Part shown: positions 60,121 through 64,000 of the stretch, in pieces
How the letters are laid out: every line of letters begins with the position of its first letter
Numbering within the stretch: the stretch's first letter is position 1
Assembly: GCA_963791045.1 (NCBI GenBank)
Contig: CAWBQK010000007.1
Span: 32,001-96,000, forward strand
DNA length: 64,000 nt
Direction of reading: 5' to 3'
From: Candidatus Latescibacterota bacterium
GTDB lineage: Bacteria; Krumholzibacteriota; Krumholzibacteriia; WVZY01
Notes under the pieces: generated by a model
Told to the model about the DNA's origin: nothing
Databases searched by the model: none
What the model saw: the letters and a program-made list of their open reading frames with translations, nothing else
Position numbers and translations under genes: made by a program

Positions 60121-60564
60121 GTGGAAGTCATCTTGCTCAAATCCATGCCGCCACTTGGAGACCGCGGGGAAACGGTGAAGGTCAAGCCGGGCTATGCCCG
60201 GAATTTCCTGTTCCCGGGGAAAATGGCTGTATTGGCAAACGAGACCAATAAGCGTGTCTTTGCGGAAGAAGAGAAGGTTCTTCATCGGCGCGATATCGTT
60301 GATATGCGTTCCGCGAAAGAGAAATCAGCCAAGTTGTCGAATGTCTCTTGTACGATCACCGTGAAGGTCGGAGAAGACGACAAGCTCTACGGTTCAGTGT
60401 CCTCCGCGGACGTCGCGAAGGAACTGGCAAACCAGGGCTTTGAAGTCGACAAGAAGAAAATTCTGCTCGACGAGCCGATCAAGAAAGTCGGCGTCTACAC
60501 GATTGATGTCAAACTTCACCGTGAGGTGAGCGTGCCGATCAAGGTGTGGGTGGTCAAACAGTAA
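60121..60564 (+). CDS. rplI: 50S ribosomal protein bL9
   Basis: VKPGYARNFLFP, KLYGSV and VKLH. Confidence 0.96.
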   Translation: MEVILLKSMPPLGDRGETVKVKPGYARNFLFPGKMAVLANETNKRVFAEEEKVLHRRDIVDMRSAKEKSAKLSNVSCTITVKVGEDDKLYGSVSSADVAKELANQGFEVDKKKILLDEPIKKVGVYTIDVKLHREVSVPIKVWVVKQ

Positions 60565-60606
60565 TCGTCGTTAGGGTAGATAGTCGAAGCCTGAAAGGGG
60601 GCCGAG

Positions 60607-61680
60607 TTGCTTTCTGTCATAATGGCGGGGGGGGTCGGTCAGCGATTCTGGCCAAGCAGCCGGCGGCGGCATCCAAAACAGCTCATTGATTTGACCGGTA
60701 AGGGGAGCATGATTTCCCTTACCGTCGACAGGATGCGTGCGCTGTCCGCGCCGGAAGAGATATTTGTCATTACCAATTCGAGCCAGGTCGAAGCGATCGC
60801 GAATGACCTCGGAGACAGAATCCCCGCTGAAAACATCGTCGGAGAGCCCGTCGGCCGTAACACGGCCCCGAGCGTCGGGCTTGCCGCCGTCCTGGTCGAA
60901 AGCCGGTTCGGCGATACTCCGTTTATGGTGCTCCCGGCAGATCATCTAATCGGCGACGACGACATTTTTGCCCGCGCGGCACGCGCCGCGGAATCGTACG
61001 CCGCGGACAACGACGCGCTCGTAACCTTTGGCATGAACCCGTCCCGGCCGGAGACGGGGTATGGTTACATCCACGCCGGCGAACAACTCATTGAAAAAGA
61101 CGGAACTGCCCTGTTCAAGGCGATCTCGTTCCACGAAAAGCCCACTGTCGAGAAGGCCCACGAATTTCTTGAAGACGGCTCGTATTTCTGGAACAGCGGG
61201 ATGTTCTTCTGGCGGCCGAGCGTGATTCGCCGTGAAATAAAGACCCACCTGCCCGATCTGGACCGGATGCTCGCCGATCTGGGCAATCGATTGGGAACGG
61301 AAGATATCAACGATGTGTTAAATGACATATACGGGTCGGCTCCGTCTATTTCGATAGATTACGGAATCATGGAGAAGGCCGATAACGTCGCGGTTATTCG
61401 CGGCGACTTTTACTGGAACGATGTTGGAAGCTGGGAAAGCATTCGCGAGATCTTTCCCAAAGACACGGATGGTAATGTTCTCGTGGGAAATCATGTTGTC
61501 ATCGGAGGAGGGGAGAACACGGTGTTCGCCCCAAATCGCCTGGTTGCTCTGGTCGATGTCGACGACGTTGTGATTGTGGACAGCGGCGATGCGATACTCG
61601 TGTGCCGGCGTGATAGCGTCCAGAAAGTCCGGGATATTGTCAAGACACTCGAGAAAAACGGGAACGAAAGCCTTACCTAG
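60607..61680 (+). CDS. manC: Mannose-1-phosphate guanylyltransferase
   Basis: MAGGVGQRFWP, EPVGRNTA, PADH, ETGYGYI, WNSGMF and WNDVGSW. Confidence 0.93.
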   Translation: MLSVIMAGGVGQRFWPSSRRRHPKQLIDLTGKGSMISLTVDRMRALSAPEEIFVITNSSQVEAIANDLGDRIPAENIVGEPVGRNTAPSVGLAAVLVESRFGDTPFMVLPADHLIGDDDIFARAARAAESYAADNDALVTFGMNPSRPETGYGYIHAGEQLIEKDGTALFKAISFHEKPTVEKAHEFLEDGSYFWNSGMFFWRPSVIRREIKTHLPDLDRMLADLGNRLGTEDINDVLNDIYGSAPSISIDYGIMEKADNVAVIRGDFYWNDVGSWESIREIFPKDTDGNVLVGNHVVIGGGENTVFAPNRLVALVDVDDVVIVDSGDAILVCRRDSVQKVRDIVKTLEKNGNESLT

Positions 61681-61700
61681 TGAACGATGGAGGTAATTCG

Positions 61701-62906
61701 ATGAAATCGAGGTTCGCGGTTGTGTGTTTGCTGGTTCTGTTCGGCGCGATGACGTTTGTAATCGGTTGCTCCAAGGAGCAGGCGGTGTCCGACGATGAAG
61801 TGGAAATGCTTGCGGCGAAAGTCGGCGATTGGACGCTTACACGTGCGGAGATAGATGAGTTGATTGAGACACTTCCCGATCATCAGAAACAAAAGTATGA
61901 CTCGCCCGAAGGGAGGGTGGAACTCGCCGATCGGTTCATCGAGGAAGAGGTCTATCACCAGGAATCGTTGAAAGCGGGTTACGATAAGGATGAAACGGTT
62001 CAGGAAATGGTCGAAAGATACAAGAGGTCGGTGATGGTCAGCGAGTTCTTTAACCGGGAAGTCAGGCCGCAGGCGAAGCCGACGGACCAGGAGATCCACG
62101 ACTTTTACGAATCGAACATGGATAAGTACACGACCCTCCCAATCGCGAAAGCCCAGCACGTATTCTCCGCGGACAGTTTGAAGCTGGTTGGATACCTGAA
62201 GCAGGTCGAAGACGGGGAGCCCCTGACGACGATCGCGCACAAATATTCGGAGGACGATTTGACCCGGCCCGACGGCGGAAATCTCGGTTACTTCAATCCA
62301 GGCGGATATATTCGAGGAATCGGTTACTCGCAGGAACTCAGCGACGCTGCGTTTTCGATGGAGAAGGGTGAGATACGGATCATCAAATGGAAGAATGGTT
62401 ATTCTCTTTTCCGGTTGAACGAGCTGAGACCCGCGGCGCTGCGTCCCTACGATGAAGTCGAGGGAGAGATCGCCGACCTGTTGACGAACCAGGTGCTTGA
62501 GGAAATCAAGGATGAAGCCTACAAGGAAATGAAGGCGAAGTACGAGATAAGTAACTATCTCGCAGACGATCTCAACGTGACGAAAAGGACGCCGGAGGAA
62601 CTGTGGAACCTCGCGCAGAACAGCACGGATTCTCATCAGCGTTTACGGTATTACCAGCAGATCGTTGATGAACACGCGGACAGCAAGTACGCGGCCGAGG
62701 CTCTCTTCATGATTGGCTTTGTTTACGCCGAAGAGATTAAGAGCGCGCCCGATGCGGACAGGGCGTTCACGCAGGTCATCAATGAGTATCCCGACAGCGA
62801 AGTTGCGAAGACGGCAAAATGGATGCTCGAGAATATGTCCGGGACCCTTCCGGATTTCGAAGGTCTGGACGACATAAAGGAACATATCGAAAGTCAATCC
62901 GAGTAA
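61701..62906 (+). CDS. PpiC/PrsA-type peptidyl-prolyl isomerase lipoprotein with a C-terminal TPR domain
   Basis: VIGC lipobox; AHKYSED...DGGNLGYF parvulin motif; YAAEALFMIGFVY...YPDSEVA TPR repeats. Confidence 0.82.
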   Translation: MKSRFAVVCLLVLFGAMTFVIGCSKEQAVSDDEVEMLAAKVGDWTLTRAEIDELIETLPDHQKQKYDSPEGRVELADRFIEEEVYHQESLKAGYDKDETVQEMVERYKRSVMVSEFFNREVRPQAKPTDQEIHDFYESNMDKYTTLPIAKAQHVFSADSLKLVGYLKQVEDGEPLTTIAHKYSEDDLTRPDGGNLGYFNPGGYIRGIGYSQELSDAAFSMEKGEIRIIKWKNGYSLFRLNELRPAALRPYDEVEGEIADLLTNQVLEEIKDEAYKEMKAKYEISNYLADDLNVTKRTPEELWNLAQNSTDSHQRLRYYQQIVDEHADSKYAAEALFMIGFVYAEEIKSAPDADRAFTQVINEYPDSEVAKTAKWMLENMSGTLPDFEGLDDIKEHIESQSE

Positions 62907-62945
62907 CTTGATGCCCTCGGGTAGGATCGGTGGGGCGAGGTTCGG

Positions 62946-63440
62946 ATGAAGGACGAAGACAAAAACTATTTACGGGTCGAAGTAGGAGGTCTGGTGCGCG
63001 ACCACCGGGAAAACCCGGTGGTGCTCCTGAAGGGGATCGACAACGACGAGGTTCTGCCTATCTGGATTGGACAGGCGGAGGCCCTCGCGATCGACCTTCA
63101 ACTCAAGGGGGAAAGCTTCGACCGCCCGTTGACCCATGATCTTTTGAAAACCGCCGTCGAGAGTCTCGGAGCGTCAGTGCTTCGGGTAGCGGTTACCGAA
63201 TTGAGGGACAACACCTTTTTCGCCAAGATATTCATCCAGCGCGGAAACGAGGTTTTTGCCATCGATGCTCGTCCGAGCGATTCGATTGCACTTGCCATAA
63301 GGACCCAGTCCCCGATATATGTATCCAAGGCCGTGTTCGATGGCCACAAACATTCGATGGACGACAAAGATATTTCCGACGTCGATACGGATGAAGACTT
63401 GAGGAAGTACCTTCGGGATCTCGACCCCGGTGATTTTTAA
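62946..63440 (+). CDS. Bifunctional nuclease family protein (DUF151)
   Basis: LPIWIG, RPLTHDL and DARPSDSIALA. Confidence 0.92.
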   Translation: MKDEDKNYLRVEVGGLVRDHRENPVVLLKGIDNDEVLPIWIGQAEALAIDLQLKGESFDRPLTHDLLKTAVESLGASVLRVAVTELRDNTFFAKIFIQRGNEVFAIDARPSDSIALAIRTQSPIYVSKAVFDGHKHSMDDKDISDVDTDEDLRKYLRDLDPGDF

Positions 63441-63458
63441 AACGTGGGTTATTAAAAT

Positions 63459-64000
63459 ATGAGCTACAACAAGCTACGTATGCTTTTTCCCGGCACGGCG
63501 TTTATCGTCGTGCTTTGTTTTTGTGTCTTCGGCGGATGCACGTCATCATCGCGGCCTACCGGCTCCAAGCCAAAGGTTTCGTCGGGCGACTCCGAGGTTC
63601 TTCTTGGAGAACTCAGCCGGAACTTCGAGTCGGGCCGATACGAGGCGGCCGACAGTCTCGCGCGGTCAATCGCAACGATGGACCCCGGGTTTGTTCGGGG
63701 CGATGAAGTTCTTTACTTGGGGGCCAGGTCGGCCGAGGCGCTTGATTCACCGACACAGACAGTAAAATATGCGAACGAACTTGCGGCAAAGTACCCACTG
63801 AGCCCGCGCCTGGATGACGCTCTGAAGCTCGCCGCGGACGCCTACCGGGATCTGGGCCAGTATTACGAAAGTGCGGAACTGCTTTCGAGGCTGCTGTCGT
63901 CTGCGATTGAGCCCGCCATGAGGGAGCGTTGCCTGGACGACCTGCGTTTGCTCTCAAGCGAGAGCCTTGGGGTGGCGGACCTGGAAAGACTCATCGATGC
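63459..64000 (+). CDS. TPR-containing lipoprotein, truncated at the window end (not in the ORF track)
   Basis: Open frame from ATG 63459 to the end of the window; FGGC lipobox; helical TPR-like repeats (KYPLSPRLDDALKLAADAY). Confidence 0.7.
   Translation, partial: MSYNKLRMLFPGTAFIVVLCFCVFGGCTSSSRPTGSKPKVSSGDSEVLLGELSRNFESGRYEAADSLARSIATMDPGFVRGDEVLYLGARSAEALDSPTQTVKYANELAAKYPLSPRLDDALKLAADAYRDLGQYYESAELLSRLLSSAIEPAMRERCLDDLRLLSSESLGVADLERLID

Overview
A ~58-60% GC bacterial chromosomal window, mostly housekeeping and cell-envelope genes. I saw no mobile element, prophage or CRISPR array. Left to right: (1) the 3' part of a very large secreted LamG/Ig/SGNH repeat protein with a FlgD-Ig/T9SS-like C-terminal domain; (2) a POTRA-less Omp85 barrel gene paired with a lipoprotein carrying protein-kinase-like motifs; (3) fbp; (4) a GldA/GldF-GldG/DUF4340 ABC module; (5) a 2-oxoacid:ferredoxin oxidoreductase operon whose delta subunit is split by a GltD-like flavoprotein; (6) tadA, three tRNAs, a large Alu-domain SRP RNA and dnaX-ybaB-recR-mglBA; (7) pgpA-cinA-thpR-recA-recX-alaS; (8) a surface-polysaccharide region including a WecA/degenerate-PglF fusion; (9) ispE-spoVG-tRNA-Gln-prs-rplY-pth-rpsF-rpsR-rplI-manC. 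Two different C-terminal sorting-like signals (the FlgD-type domain and a short ...SWGKVKSLY tail) suggest a diderm FCB-group candidate phylum such as Krumholzibacteriota or Latescibacterota; this is inference. Many single-base indels, including in the essential genes dnaX and alaS, point to uncorrected long-read errors rather than pseudogenes. The best candidates for new biology are the Omp85 + exported kinase-like lipoprotein pair, the short C-terminal sorting tail, and an unannotated structured RNA after tRNA-Ser(GGA).
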